In this document: positions 1 to 8,173 of the stretch, in pieces
Numbering within the stretch: the stretch's first letter is position 1
Layout of the letters: every line of letters starts with the position of its first letter
Origin: a virus
Lineage: Duplodnaviria; Caudoviricetes
Length of the DNA stretch: 34,998 bases
Strand: one strand, 5' to 3'
Virus record (IMG/VR): IMGVR_UViG_3300018050_001986
Location: 1-34,998 of that record
Translations under genes and position numbers: made by a program
Notes under the pieces: generated by a model
The model's database searches: none
The model's input: only the letters and a program-made list of their open reading frames with translations
What the model was told of the DNA's origin: nothing

Positions 1-25
1 AATGTTTGCATTGAGGTGGTCGTGA
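1..25 (+). CDS. 3' end of a small F-x-LRW family protein (partial)
   Basis: Frame from base 2 reads ...MFALRWS-stop (TTG AGG TGG TCG TGA at 11-25), the same C-terminus as the downstream paralogs. Confidence 0.7.
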
Positions 26-300
26 CATCTAAATTAGATCTAGTACAGCAACAAATGGACAATCAGGCTAGATTAGTTAAAGACGAAATAGATTGGGAAA
101 TAATGATCAAACTGCTTCGAGAAATGGGTTGGGCACAAGTATCTATTTCTACTCCCTGGTCAGATATGACAGGTGAATTTATTTATGAAATTAAAAGTTG
201 GTGCAATACAAATATTGTAGGCCATTACCATGCACGAGGTAGGACTTGGCTTTTTGAATATCAGCAAGATGCAGTTGTATTTGCCTTGAGGTGGTCATGA
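22..300 (+). CDS. Small hypothetical phage protein, F-x-LRW C-terminal family
   Basis: Contains IKSWC and ends WLFEYQQDAVVFALRWS; start moved to GTG 22, which overlaps the upstream TGA (GTGA) and follows GAGGTG. Confidence 0.8.
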   Translation: MTSKLDLVQQQMDNQARLVKDEIDWEIMIKLLREMGWAQVSISTPWSDMTGEFIYEIKSWCNTNIVGHYHARGRTWLFEYQQDAVVFALRWS

Positions 301-518
301 AAAAACCCTTTATTGTATCACTTTATAATATTCCAGATTACTGGGAAAACTTTCTTCACCATTGCAATGATATTGCTTATAGAACCAATCAGTCTGTAAT
401 TCAGGTAATACAAGATCAATTAAACCCAAACGGCAAATATATTGATGGAGGTTTAGGTAATTTCTTACGATGGAATGATGAAAAGTATCATACCTTATTT
501 GTCTTGAGATGGTCATGA
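297..518 (+). CDS. Small hypothetical phage protein, F-x-LRW family
   Basis: Ends YHTLFVLRWS; ATG 297 in an ATGA overlap after GAGGTG. Confidence 0.8.
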   Translation: MKKPFIVSLYNIPDYWENFLHHCNDIAYRTNQSVIQVIQDQLNPNGKYIDGGLGNFLRWNDEKYHTLFVLRWS

Positions 519-901
519 GTAAATCTGAAATTTACGGTTTGTTCCGATGGAAATCGGGCAATTATATCCCTTACGGATTAAATCTTTGGCAAAAACTTTG
601 GTGGCGATTTATGCCTGGTGAGGTTATTAATGTTCGTTGGCCCACTGGTAATATTGTAGTCGATCACAATGATCCTCGTTGGTGTGATTGGGGCGGTGCA
701 GTTTGGGTTGATTTAGGATTCAGTGCTGATCCGAACGATCATTATCGTCCAGAAATGGAAAAATATTGTGGTCGTCAAGGATGGGATTGGAATTGGGGAA
801 TAGCTGACAATGATGTAGCAGCTAATCGTTTAACCATAAAGATTAGACGAAAATATGCAAATTATGCTATACTACTGGCAATAAAATGGGCATTAAACTA
901 G
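515..901 (+). CDS. Hypothetical Trp-rich protein, probable LRW/IKW family member
   Basis: ATGA overlap at 515; ends AILLAIKWALN. Confidence 0.75.
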   Translation: MSKSEIYGLFRWKSGNYIPYGLNLWQKLWWRFMPGEVINVRWPTGNIVVDHNDPRWCDWGGAVWVDLGFSADPNDHYRPEMEKYCGRQGWDWNWGIADNDVAANRLTIKIRRKYANYAILLAIKWALN

Positions 902-1179
902 ACTGCATTCTTGACTTTATTACTGCTTGGAAAGAGTGGGATATTGCCGAAGATAAAGGAAATAACAGTGAAAGTACCCAACCATTCTGGAATCTTAGAT
1001 TGCAAGATGCTGGATATTACGGTATAGATGCATCACGCGAGTCAATAAGCTATTCTTGGCAAGAAATGCATCATTGGTGTGAACAACAATTTGGTAAAGA
1101 TCACTATGCTTGGACTGGTAGCACATTTTGGTTTGAAACTGAAAAAGATGCAACTTTATTTGGGTTAAGGTGGGCGTGA
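886..1179 (+). CDS. Small hypothetical phage protein, F-x-LRW family
   Basis: MHHWCEQQFG...FWFETEKDATLFGLRWA. Confidence 0.8.
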   Translation: MGIKLDCILDFITAWKEWDIAEDKGNNSESTQPFWNLRLQDAGYYGIDASRESISYSWQEMHHWCEQQFGKDHYAWTGSTFWFETEKDATLFGLRWA

Positions 1180-1203
1180 TAGATGGTGTTAAAATAATAA
1201 GTG

Positions 1204-1211
1204 TATAAATA
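1204..1211 (+). promoter_or_regulatory. T4-type late promoter TATAAATA
   Basis: Exact T4 late consensus between the stop at 1179 and ATG 1234. Confidence 0.5.
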
Positions 1212-1233
1212 CATAATAGGTAACAAAACTATT

Positions 1234-1452
1234 ATGGAAGACTATGTACTTTATAAAGAGCTGTCTAATAACTTGATCCAAACTTATTACAGTCCATCTA
1301 CTGGTAAGTACAAAATTGTAAGTCCAAGTTTAAATAGGACAGTTCATACTTTTGATGAAGCCAAAGTAGAATCTATTATAAATAATATTCATCATCAAAT
1401 AGAAACAGAACAAGCGTTGAAAGCAATAAAACGAATAATCAAATATAAGTAG
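1234..1452 (+). CDS. Hypothetical protein
   Basis: ORF track 1201..1452; ATG 1234 preferred because it lies downstream of TATAAATA and an AGGT SD-like motif. Confidence 0.65.
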   Translation: MEDYVLYKELSNNLIQTYYSPSTGKYKIVSPSLNRTVHTFDEAKVESIINNIHHQIETEQALKAIKRIIKYK

Positions 1453-1486
1453 TTTTTTTGTTAGATTATTCACAGTAAATATTGCT

Positions 1487-2308
1487 ATGCACAAAACATA
1501 TCGTTCTATTTTTGTGTCTGATATTCATTTGGGCACCAAAGACTGTAAAGCAGAACATTTAAATAATTTTTTAAAGCATAACACCTGTGACACATTATAT
1601 CTCGTTGGGGATATCATTGATGCATGGAAAATACAACAAAATCGTTGGCGTTGGAAACAAAGTCATACAAATGTAGTTCGTCGTGTTTTGGGACATGCGA
1701 AAAGAGGCACTCGTGTAGTATATGTAGCCGGCAATCACGATGAATTTCTTAGACCAATGATACCATATGGATTTAGTTTTGGCATGGTAGAAATACATAA
1801 TCAAATAGAACATATTGGTGCAGATGGTAAACACTATTTGGTAGTGCACGGAGACTTATTTGATGGTATTACAAGACTGGCCCCATGGTTGAGCTTTTTA
1901 GGTGACAAAGCATATGATGTTATTCTAAACTTAAACGGAAAATTTAATTGGTTTAGGCATAAAATGGGCTTTGGTTATTGGAGTTTAAGCAAATATCTTA
2001 AAGGAAAAGTTAAAAGAGCGGTAGATTTTATGTTTCAGTTCGAAAAAAATCTTGCCAATTACTGTAAAATGAAAGGGTTTGATGGTGTAATTTGTGGACA
2101 CATTCACAATGCCCAAATAAAAGACATAGATGGTATTGTTTATATGAATGATGGTGATTGGGTAGAAAGTTGTACAGCATTAGTGGAACATTGGGACGGC
2201 TGTTGGGAAATTATAACTTGGACCAAGGAGAACGATCTTGTGGCTGATGATAATAATAGCAGTACACATCAACAATCCGTCGGATATTCCAGGTCGAGTA
2301 TGGATTGA
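1487..2308 (+). CDS. Metallophosphoesterase of the LpxH / PlcP (phospholipase C) type
   Basis: Motifs SDIHLG, GDIID, GNHD, HGD and CGHIH, plus the PlcP-like segments YWSLS and GDWVESCTALVE. Confidence 0.85.
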   Translation: MHKTYRSIFVSDIHLGTKDCKAEHLNNFLKHNTCDTLYLVGDIIDAWKIQQNRWRWKQSHTNVVRRVLGHAKRGTRVVYVAGNHDEFLRPMIPYGFSFGMVEIHNQIEHIGADGKHYLVVHGDLFDGITRLAPWLSFLGDKAYDVILNLNGKFNWFRHKMGFGYWSLSKYLKGKVKRAVDFMFQFEKNLANYCKMKGFDGVICGHIHNAQIKDIDGIVYMNDGDWVESCTALVEHWDGCWEIITWTKENDLVADDNNSSTHQQSVGYSRSSMD

Positions 2309-2408
2309 ATTTGCTAGTCAAAAGGAATGTCAACAAGCTTTGTCCTCAATGACTAGCTGGTTAAAGTTTTCTAGTTTCAAGGTGGTAGGAGAATGCGTGA
2401 AAAAATAG
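2238..2408 (+). CDS. Small protein (56 aa) with hydrophobic N-terminus, missed by the ORF track
   Basis: AAGGAG SD then TTG; reads MWLMIIIAVHINNPSDIPGRVWIEFASQKECQQALSSMTSWLKFSSFKVVGECVKK; fills the gap between the phosphoesterase and the glycosyltransferase. Confidence 0.6.
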   Translation: MWLMIIIAVHINNPSDIPGRVWIEFASQKECQQALSSMTSWLKFSSFKVVGECVKK

Positions 2409-3397
2409 TTTTAATTGTAACAGATAACCTCGAGGATCAGATAAATGGTGTTGTTACAACCTATAAAAATATCGAGGCTTGTGCGATTTTGGACGGTTAT
2501 CGTTTTGTATATCTTAATCCCGGGTGGTTCCACTACATTAATTGCCCTGGCTACAACGAAGTCAAGATTGCCTATCCCCGGAAAATCGGCCAGAAGATTG
2601 AGGAGATATGTCCGGATCATATCCATATCGCCACAGAAGGTCCTGTTGGTCTGTGTGCTAGACAATATCTTGACAAGCACGGCTATCGCTATAATACCGC
2701 TTATCATACTAATTTTCCAGAAGGACTTAGAAAACTTTTTGGGATACCTGAAGCCCTTACTTGGCCTTTGATTCGCTGGTTTCATAAGCATTCTGGAAAA
2801 GTGCTTACTACTACAGACACAATGGTAAAACATTTAAAAGACCATGGGTTTGACGGTCAATTAATTTCCTGGACCAGGGGAGTTGATAGAAGCATTTTTA
2901 ATCCTGGCCAGAGGCAAAAAAACAATGACAAAATTCAATTACTTTGTGTTGGGCGTGTTAGTAAAGAAAAAAATTTAGAAGAGTTTTTCCAATTAGAATT
3001 TCCTAATTGTCATAAAATAATGGTAGGCGATGGTCCTATGATGGAAACATACCGTGATTTATATCCTGAAGTAGAATTTGTAGGCTTTAAAACAGGATTA
3101 GATCTAGCTTATTATTATGCCAACGCAGATGTTTTTGTATTTCCTAGTCGCTGGGAAACTTTTGGCATTGTAATGATAGAAGCTATGGCATGCGGCACCC
3201 CTGTTGCAGCTTATCCGTGTCAGGGACCAATAGATGTTGTTGAAATAGGCAAAACAGGATATTTAGACACAGATTTAAAAAATGCTATTGACAATTGTTT
3301 AACTTTACCACGAGATATTGTTTTAGAAAACACTAAAAAGTGGTCTTGGAATCAGGCTTGGGCAATTTTTAGAAACCATTTAATTCCCTGTAAATAA
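2393..3397 (+). CDS. GT4 family glycosyltransferase (Agt/MgtA-like glycolipid synthase)
   Basis: QINGVVTT, HIATEGPVG, VGRVSKEKN and the GT4 signature ETFGIVMIEAMACGTPV. Confidence 0.9.
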   Translation: MREKIVLIVTDNLEDQINGVVTTYKNIEACAILDGYRFVYLNPGWFHYINCPGYNEVKIAYPRKIGQKIEEICPDHIHIATEGPVGLCARQYLDKHGYRYNTAYHTNFPEGLRKLFGIPEALTWPLIRWFHKHSGKVLTTTDTMVKHLKDHGFDGQLISWTRGVDRSIFNPGQRQKNNDKIQLLCVGRVSKEKNLEEFFQLEFPNCHKIMVGDGPMMETYRDLYPEVEFVGFKTGLDLAYYYANADVFVFPSRWETFGIVMIEAMACGTPVAAYPCQGPIDVVEIGKTGYLDTDLKNAIDNCLTLPRDIVLENTKKWSWNQAWAIFRNHLIPCK

Positions 3398-3403
3398 AAT
3401 TAG

Positions 3404-3432
3404 TTGTGTTAATTATAAAAGTATTATATAAT
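3404..3432 (+). promoter_or_regulatory. Putative sigma70-type promoter
   Basis: TTGTGT (3404)-17 bp-TATAAT (3427) in an intergenic gap. Confidence 0.5.
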
Positions 3433-3456
3433 ACTGGACAATTTTAATAACTTTTT

Positions 3457-3696
3457 ATGAAACATATCTCAGACGATTTATTTGCATCATGGAAAGATAA
3501 GAAATTTGTGGTAGCAGAAAGCTATTTGCATGAAAGTCCAGGTCATTTAATTATATTGACAGATTATACATTCTGGGTACTTTATCACGCTGAGTTATTG
3601 ATATGGTGCTCGCAAAATAATTCTAAATTAGAAGGCATGACAGTGTCTTTACCTACAGACCAAAGCCTTACTGCATTTATACTTAGATGGCAATAA
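3457..3696 (+). CDS. Small hypothetical protein, F-x-LRW family
   Basis: Contains LLIWC and ends LTAFILRWQ. Confidence 0.8.
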   Translation: MKHISDDLFASWKDKKFVVAESYLHESPGHLIILTDYTFWVLYHAELLIWCSQNNSKLEGMTVSLPTDQSLTAFILRWQ

Positions 3697-3929
3697 ACAA
3701 TTTACCTAGAAATAATCAATACGAAATTTTTTCAACTGGAGGCAGAACATACTGCTTCGATGACCCAAGTTGGGAAAATTATATCCTTACCAAACCAGAA
3801 ATATTTGAATGGATTAGAAATCAAGACCCATTGCTTTGGCACCCAATGATCGATCACCCAGATAGTAATGTAGCTTTATACCTTAAGCCTGAGCTTTATA
3901 TTTTGTTTAAAATTAAATTTATTGGATAG
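3687..3929 (+). CDS. Small hypothetical protein (divergent LRW-like C-terminus)
   Basis: Contains IFEWI and ends LYILFKIKFIG; its ATG lies inside the AGATGG (RW) codons of the previous gene. Confidence 0.7.
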   Translation: MAINNLPRNNQYEIFSTGGRTYCFDDPSWENYILTKPEIFEWIRNQDPLLWHPMIDHPDSNVALYLKPELYILFKIKFIG

Positions 3930-4158
3930 ATTGATGTCAAAAGTACATGTTTTTAACATAAGAAAAGCTAGACTAAATTTAAATAATATATTACAATGGT
4001 GTAAAGAGGTATTTGGTGATATTAATTTAGTTCATGGGCCCACTTCAGCTGAATTATATAGAGTTTGTTATGACAATCAAGTTACAGGGATCGTTGTATT
4101 TTACTTTAAAGAAGATACAGACTATTTGTTTTTCTTATTAAAATGGGGCAATAATTAA
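3922..4158 (+). CDS. Small hypothetical protein, F-x-LKW family
   Basis: ILQWCKEVFG...FYFKEDTDYLFFLLKWGNN; the start may be the ATG at 3934. Confidence 0.75.
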   Translation: MDRLMSKVHVFNIRKARLNLNNILQWCKEVFGDINLVHGPTSAELYRVCYDNQVTGIVVFYFKEDTDYLFFLLKWGNN

Positions 4159-4169
4159 AGGTAAATATA

Positions 4170-4739
4170 ATGGCAAAATTAAGACAAAGTCCCAGTAAGT
4201 TTTTATTCCGTTCGGATAAAATTAAACAAAGATTAAATCAAGATCCTAATATGTCTGAAGAAAAGATAAAAGATCAAATTGAGACATATGAAAAAGTATA
4301 CAATAGATATGAACAAAATAAAATGAATGAAGAAAAAAGTGACAACTTTAAAAAGAATAATTTAGAATATGATCTAAGAACTACAGATTGGATTGTAGAA
4401 AAAGCAAAAGCCAAAGAGTCATATGCCCAAAATATATACGCAGCTTTGTGTAATAATAGTTTTCAAAAACAAGAACTATGGCCAATTTTAAAAACTGAAA
4501 CATGGAGTTGCAGTTGGAGATATGCAGGGGGTATTGTTGCAGATATGTTAGAAGACGGCGATTACTTAGATTGGTATTGTACAGGTATTAGAGAAGTATA
4601 CCAAGACCCAGAAGATACAAATGAAAAACAGCCCCCAATTCATAAAGGGTATGTTTCTGAAGGTATAATTACAGAGGAAATTAGAGAAGATTTCCTAAAA
4701 ATAGGTTGGCAAGTTTTTGACAAAGAAGATGAGGAATAA
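4170..4739 (+). CDS. Hypothetical phage protein
   Basis: 189 aa ORF with AAGG SD; WSCSWRYAGGIVADM...GDYLDWYC motif. Confidence 0.8.
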   Translation: MAKLRQSPSKFLFRSDKIKQRLNQDPNMSEEKIKDQIETYEKVYNRYEQNKMNEEKSDNFKKNNLEYDLRTTDWIVEKAKAKESYAQNIYAALCNNSFQKQELWPILKTETWSCSWRYAGGIVADMLEDGDYLDWYCTGIREVYQDPEDTNEKQPPIHKGYVSEGIITEEIREDFLKIGWQVFDKEDEE

Positions 4740-4742
4740 AAA

Positions 4743-5423
4743 ATGGAAAATACAATTGTATATAGATCAGCAGTAGAAATTAATTCAGCAATGTTAAGAG
4801 TTTACAATTATATGGCTTTATCTGTTGTAATCAGCATGATTGTAAGTTTAGCAGTAGCATCCAGCCCAGCAGCAATGGCAATCTTTTTTGGTCCAATTAC
4901 AAAATGGATTACTATTTTTGCACCACTTGTATTTGTTTTTATTGTGCCTTTAGCTATTAATGCAGGTATACCAAAACAAGGGGCACTAATGTTGTTAATG
5001 GGATTTGCTGCAATAATGGGCCTAAGTATGAGTGGAATTATTGCAATGTTTACCAGTTATAGTATAGTTACTGCATTTATGGGAGCAGCAGTGCTTTTTG
5101 GTACAATGAGCTTATATGGGTATTTTACTAAACAAAGTTTGGATAATTGGGGGAAATATCTATTAGTAGGCTTGATTTCTATTATCATTTGTAGTATAAT
5201 TAATGTGTTTATTGGAAGTAGTTTAATACAAACAATTATTTCTGCAATTGCAATTGTTCTTTTTATGGCACTTACGGCATACGATACGCAACAAATTCGT
5301 GAACAGGTAAGTGAACAAGGACAAGATCATGGGCCAGAAATACTAGGTGCATTGAGTTTGTACTTAAACTTTATTAATATTTTTATGAGTTTGTTAAACC
5401 TCTTTGGAACAAAAGATGAATGA
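4743..5423 (+). CDS. Bax inhibitor-1 / YccA family membrane protein
   Basis: About seven hydrophobic segments, with LTAYDTQQI and GALSLYLNFINIF. Confidence 0.9.
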   Translation: MENTIVYRSAVEINSAMLRVYNYMALSVVISMIVSLAVASSPAAMAIFFGPITKWITIFAPLVFVFIVPLAINAGIPKQGALMLLMGFAAIMGLSMSGIIAMFTSYSIVTAFMGAAVLFGTMSLYGYFTKQSLDNWGKYLLVGLISIIICSIINVFIGSSLIQTIISAIAIVLFMALTAYDTQQIREQVSEQGQDHGPEILGALSLYLNFINIFMSLLNLFGTKDE

Positions 5424-5868
5424 TATTAGAAAAATAATTAATCTTCTACAGGAAGATATTTCAGAAGACTGGTTTAAAACTGGTGCATTCCAGGCCTATA
5501 AAGATTCCTCTGCTCGCGAGCCTTTTGTAATTACCACTGAACCAGGTGAGCTACATCACAGGGAGGGAAAAGGCAAAACACAAAAGTATGACAAAGGGTT
5601 TTATATTTTAACAGATCCACAAGGTGGCAAGTATAGTATGCCGCCAGAAACTTTTAATGAATTAAAAACTGATAATGGTGATGGTACTGCAACACCTAAA
5701 GCAATTGTTAAATTAGCTAAGGTTGCAGACCATTCTGGATCTGTTAAAACTAGTTGGGGAGAAACATTACATTACGATCCAGAAGTAGATGTAATTGTAC
5801 GCCATGGGCTTGGAGATTATGGTGTAGTAAAGGCAGACACTTTCAAACAAACTTATAAGAGAGTATAA
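5416..5868 (+). CDS. PGDYG-like domain protein
   Basis: TSWGETL...VRHGLGDYGVV motif; start at ATG 5416 (MNDIRKIINLLQE). Confidence 0.6.
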   Translation: MNDIRKIINLLQEDISEDWFKTGAFQAYKDSSAREPFVITTEPGELHHREGKGKTQKYDKGFYILTDPQGGKYSMPPETFNELKTDNGDGTATPKAIVKLAKVADHSGSVKTSWGETLHYDPEVDVIVRHGLGDYGVVKADTFKQTYKRV

Positions 5869-6707
5869 TGCGTACTAGAAGTCGCTACTGGAGTTGTACT
5901 AAATTTGCAGATAAAATTAGAGGCACTGCAAAGCCAACAGCTGAAACGGGTAAAGGCTGGCATCTATGGAACAAAGAAGCTAAAGCTAAACACCCTATTC
6001 GATATTGGATTGCAGAGGAAGCATTAGATGCTGTGCAAAAATATATCTATTATATACCGGACAAACTTTATGAAATTAAATATTATATCAATAACCGTTT
6101 CATTAGCCGCACTCATAGTCTTACTGCTCACCCAAGCCACATTAGACCTGGCACTTGGCGTGATTTGGGGGATCGTATTCTTCCTTGCCTTTTCGCTGAA
6201 TTGGTCGAATTCGTCGAAGTTGAACTAGCATGGAAACATATTGCATGGGACGAAGAAGCTAGAAAAAAGTACAAGGTTCCTTTTTGGGGTGCGGGTTGGT
6301 TCCGTTGGCGTACTTGGCGTAATACCCAAGCAGGTTTAGATTATCTTGCTTGGGAAATGAGTCTAGTTAATGATGGTAGTTGGGGGACAGCAGAAGACGA
6401 TCCAGACTACGGCAAACCTACCTTCCAAGCACAAAAGGCTAAAGAAATTCTAGAACTATACCGTTGGTGGACTGAAGTTTACCCAAATCGTCCAGATCCA
6501 CATGATGCTAGTGGTTGGACTGCTATTTGTGATCGCCGTAGAGAGTCTGGAAAACATTTTCTAGACCTGGAAAATAACACTGCCGAGGAAGAAGCAGAAA
6601 CTAGGACTGCACTAGATCTTTGCCATAAAATTGAAGAAGACTATTACGCAGAAGATGAACAAATGCTTATCCGTTTAATTAAAATTAGGAGAAGTCTGTG
6701 GACCTAA
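5868..6707 (+). CDS. Hypothetical Trp-rich phage protein
   Basis: 279 aa ORF with a TAATG overlap with the previous gene. Confidence 0.8.
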   Translation: MRTRSRYWSCTKFADKIRGTAKPTAETGKGWHLWNKEAKAKHPIRYWIAEEALDAVQKYIYYIPDKLYEIKYYINNRFISRTHSLTAHPSHIRPGTWRDLGDRILPCLFAELVEFVEVELAWKHIAWDEEARKKYKVPFWGAGWFRWRTWRNTQAGLDYLAWEMSLVNDGSWGTAEDDPDYGKPTFQAQKAKEILELYRWWTEVYPNRPDPHDASGWTAICDRRRESGKHFLDLENNTAEEEAETRTALDLCHKIEEDYYAEDEQMLIRLIKIRRSLWT

Positions 6708-7123
6708 AACCTCAAGAACCAGCAGAAGGTATTACAAAAACTGCTCAATATCCGGGATATGAAAGTTATCAAGTGCCCTGTATTTGTGGTAATCCTGATG
6801 ACACTATAGAATTCACAGTGGAAAACGATGATTGTGAAGTCACAGTGTCAACCTATACTTTACAGAGAACCCCTTGGTGGGAAGACCCCTTCAAAAGACA
6901 TAGTAGTTTTAGTATAGACAATGAACTACTATATCAAATCAATTATTATGTTCGAGGGTTTCTCAACGCTATCAGTCACCGTATTAAAATCACTTGGAAT
7001 GTTTGGGTACATGGCTATGTTGAATATAGTCAAACTACTATTATGAAACCACAACAGGCGTTAAACTTTAGTGAGGTCCTAAAAAACAGTGTACACAGGG
7101 TTACTCAAAAAAACGAATTATGA
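6698..7123 (+). CDS. Hypothetical protein
   Basis: AGGAG SD before GTG; CxC motif. Confidence 0.75.
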   Translation: MDLKPQEPAEGITKTAQYPGYESYQVPCICGNPDDTIEFTVENDDCEVTVSTYTLQRTPWWEDPFKRHSSFSIDNELLYQINYYVRGFLNAISHRIKITWNVWVHGYVEYSQTTIMKPQQALNFSEVLKNSVHRVTQKNEL

Positions 7124-7488
7124 AAGATTTATTAGAGTTTATTTTTAACTTTGGTCTATGTTATTTGCTAGCAAAAATTGCTTGGAACTTTTTTTCTATC
7201 AGTCAAGAAGTTAAAGCACAGGCAAGGAATGAATTTAAACAATATTTGAATAATGTAGTGCATGCCGTTAAAGAAGAACAACATGGCTCACAGATTTATT
7301 GGTTTGATTCAGATAAAGACACTTTTATTGCACAAGGCAAAACACAGAAAGAAATCGTAGAAGTGCTGAAAAAAAATTATACAAATCATGTTTTTATTTT
7401 AGACAATGATGTTATTATATGTGGGCCAGACTGGGTACCCACAGAGAATAAAAAAATTACTCTACAAATGGTTGACAAAAAATTCTAA
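7120..7488 (+). CDS. Hypothetical protein with N-terminal TM helix
   Basis: ATGA overlap; hydrophobic N-terminus. Confidence 0.75.
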   Translation: MKDLLEFIFNFGLCYLLAKIAWNFFSISQEVKAQARNEFKQYLNNVVHAVKEEQHGSQIYWFDSDKDTFIAQGKTQKEIVEVLKKNYTNHVFILDNDVIICGPDWVPTENKKITLQMVDKKF

Positions 7489-7500
7489 TTTTGTTATAAT
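7472..7500 (+). promoter_or_regulatory. Consensus sigma70 promoter (early)
   Basis: TTGACA (7472)-17 bp-TATAAT (7495) with an extended -10 TG. Confidence 0.8.
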
Positions 7501-7527
7501 ATGGTTTCATTAATTAGGACAAAATAA

Positions 7528-7920
7528 ATGTCAATGCATCTTCATCATCCGTCGTTGACTTTGAATGGCAAACGGCGTGGTAAACAGAAGTGGGCTAGTG
7601 CTGCTGCTAAGAAGCAACATGAAGAACTAGCACAGTCTTGGAATAACAATATGAAACAATGGCAGTCAATGAGTAAAGTGTCCTTTGCACCTAAGCCTAG
7701 TAGTGCGGAAGCTTTGCGTCCCAAATACCCTCCTGGCAGAGAGCCAAGAAAACATATCCCCAGTATTGATAGCAAACAAAAGGGTGCAATTAGTAGTAAA
7801 CCAGTTCAAATGTATACAGGTTCTAATATTATTGGTATTGGAACTTTACACAAGAGTAATGCTGTGCCTGTTTTTAGTGATTCAGAAGCTAAAGACATGG
7901 CCAGAATGCGTCGCGGTTAA
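7528..7920 (+). CDS. Basic hypothetical phage protein
   Basis: AGGA SD; C-terminal YTG..IIGIGTLHKSNAVPVF motif recalled from T4-like phage hypothetical proteins. Confidence 0.75.
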   Translation: MSMHLHHPSLTLNGKRRGKQKWASAAAKKQHEELAQSWNNNMKQWQSMSKVSFAPKPSSAEALRPKYPPGREPRKHIPSIDSKQKGAISSKPVQMYTGSNIIGIGTLHKSNAVPVFSDSEAKDMARMRRG

Positions 7921-7946
7921 TCTTATATAAAGGAAATTTTTAAAAA

Positions 7947-8165
7947 GTGGCAAAAGAAGAAGCATTGAAGTTTGATGGTATTGTTACAGAAGTATTAGGC
8001 AATGCTATGTTTAGAGTTAAACTTAACGAAAACGAACATGAAATTGTAGCATATTTAGGCGGTAAATTACGGCAAAATGAAATTAAAATTATTGCTGGAG
8101 ATTCAGTAAGTATGGAAATTAGTCCATATGATATGAGTAAAGGTAGAATAATGTACCGACGCTAA
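7947..8165 (+). CDS. infA: Translation initiation factor IF-1
   Basis: 72 aa; MAKEE...[16 protein letters not shown]...[21 protein letters not shown] closely follows bacterial IF-1. Confidence 0.93.
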   Translation: MAKEEALKFDGIVTEVLGNAMFRVKLNENEHEIVAYLGGKLRQNEIKIIAGDSVSMEISPYDMSKGRIMYRR

Positions 8166-8173
8166 ATATTTGT

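Noticed and set aside
11-25. Similarity of the GAGGTGG junction and the AAGGTGTGG repeat to each other or to Chi (GCTGGTGG)
   Set aside because: The matches are short and inexact, and are explained by SD and codon constraints.
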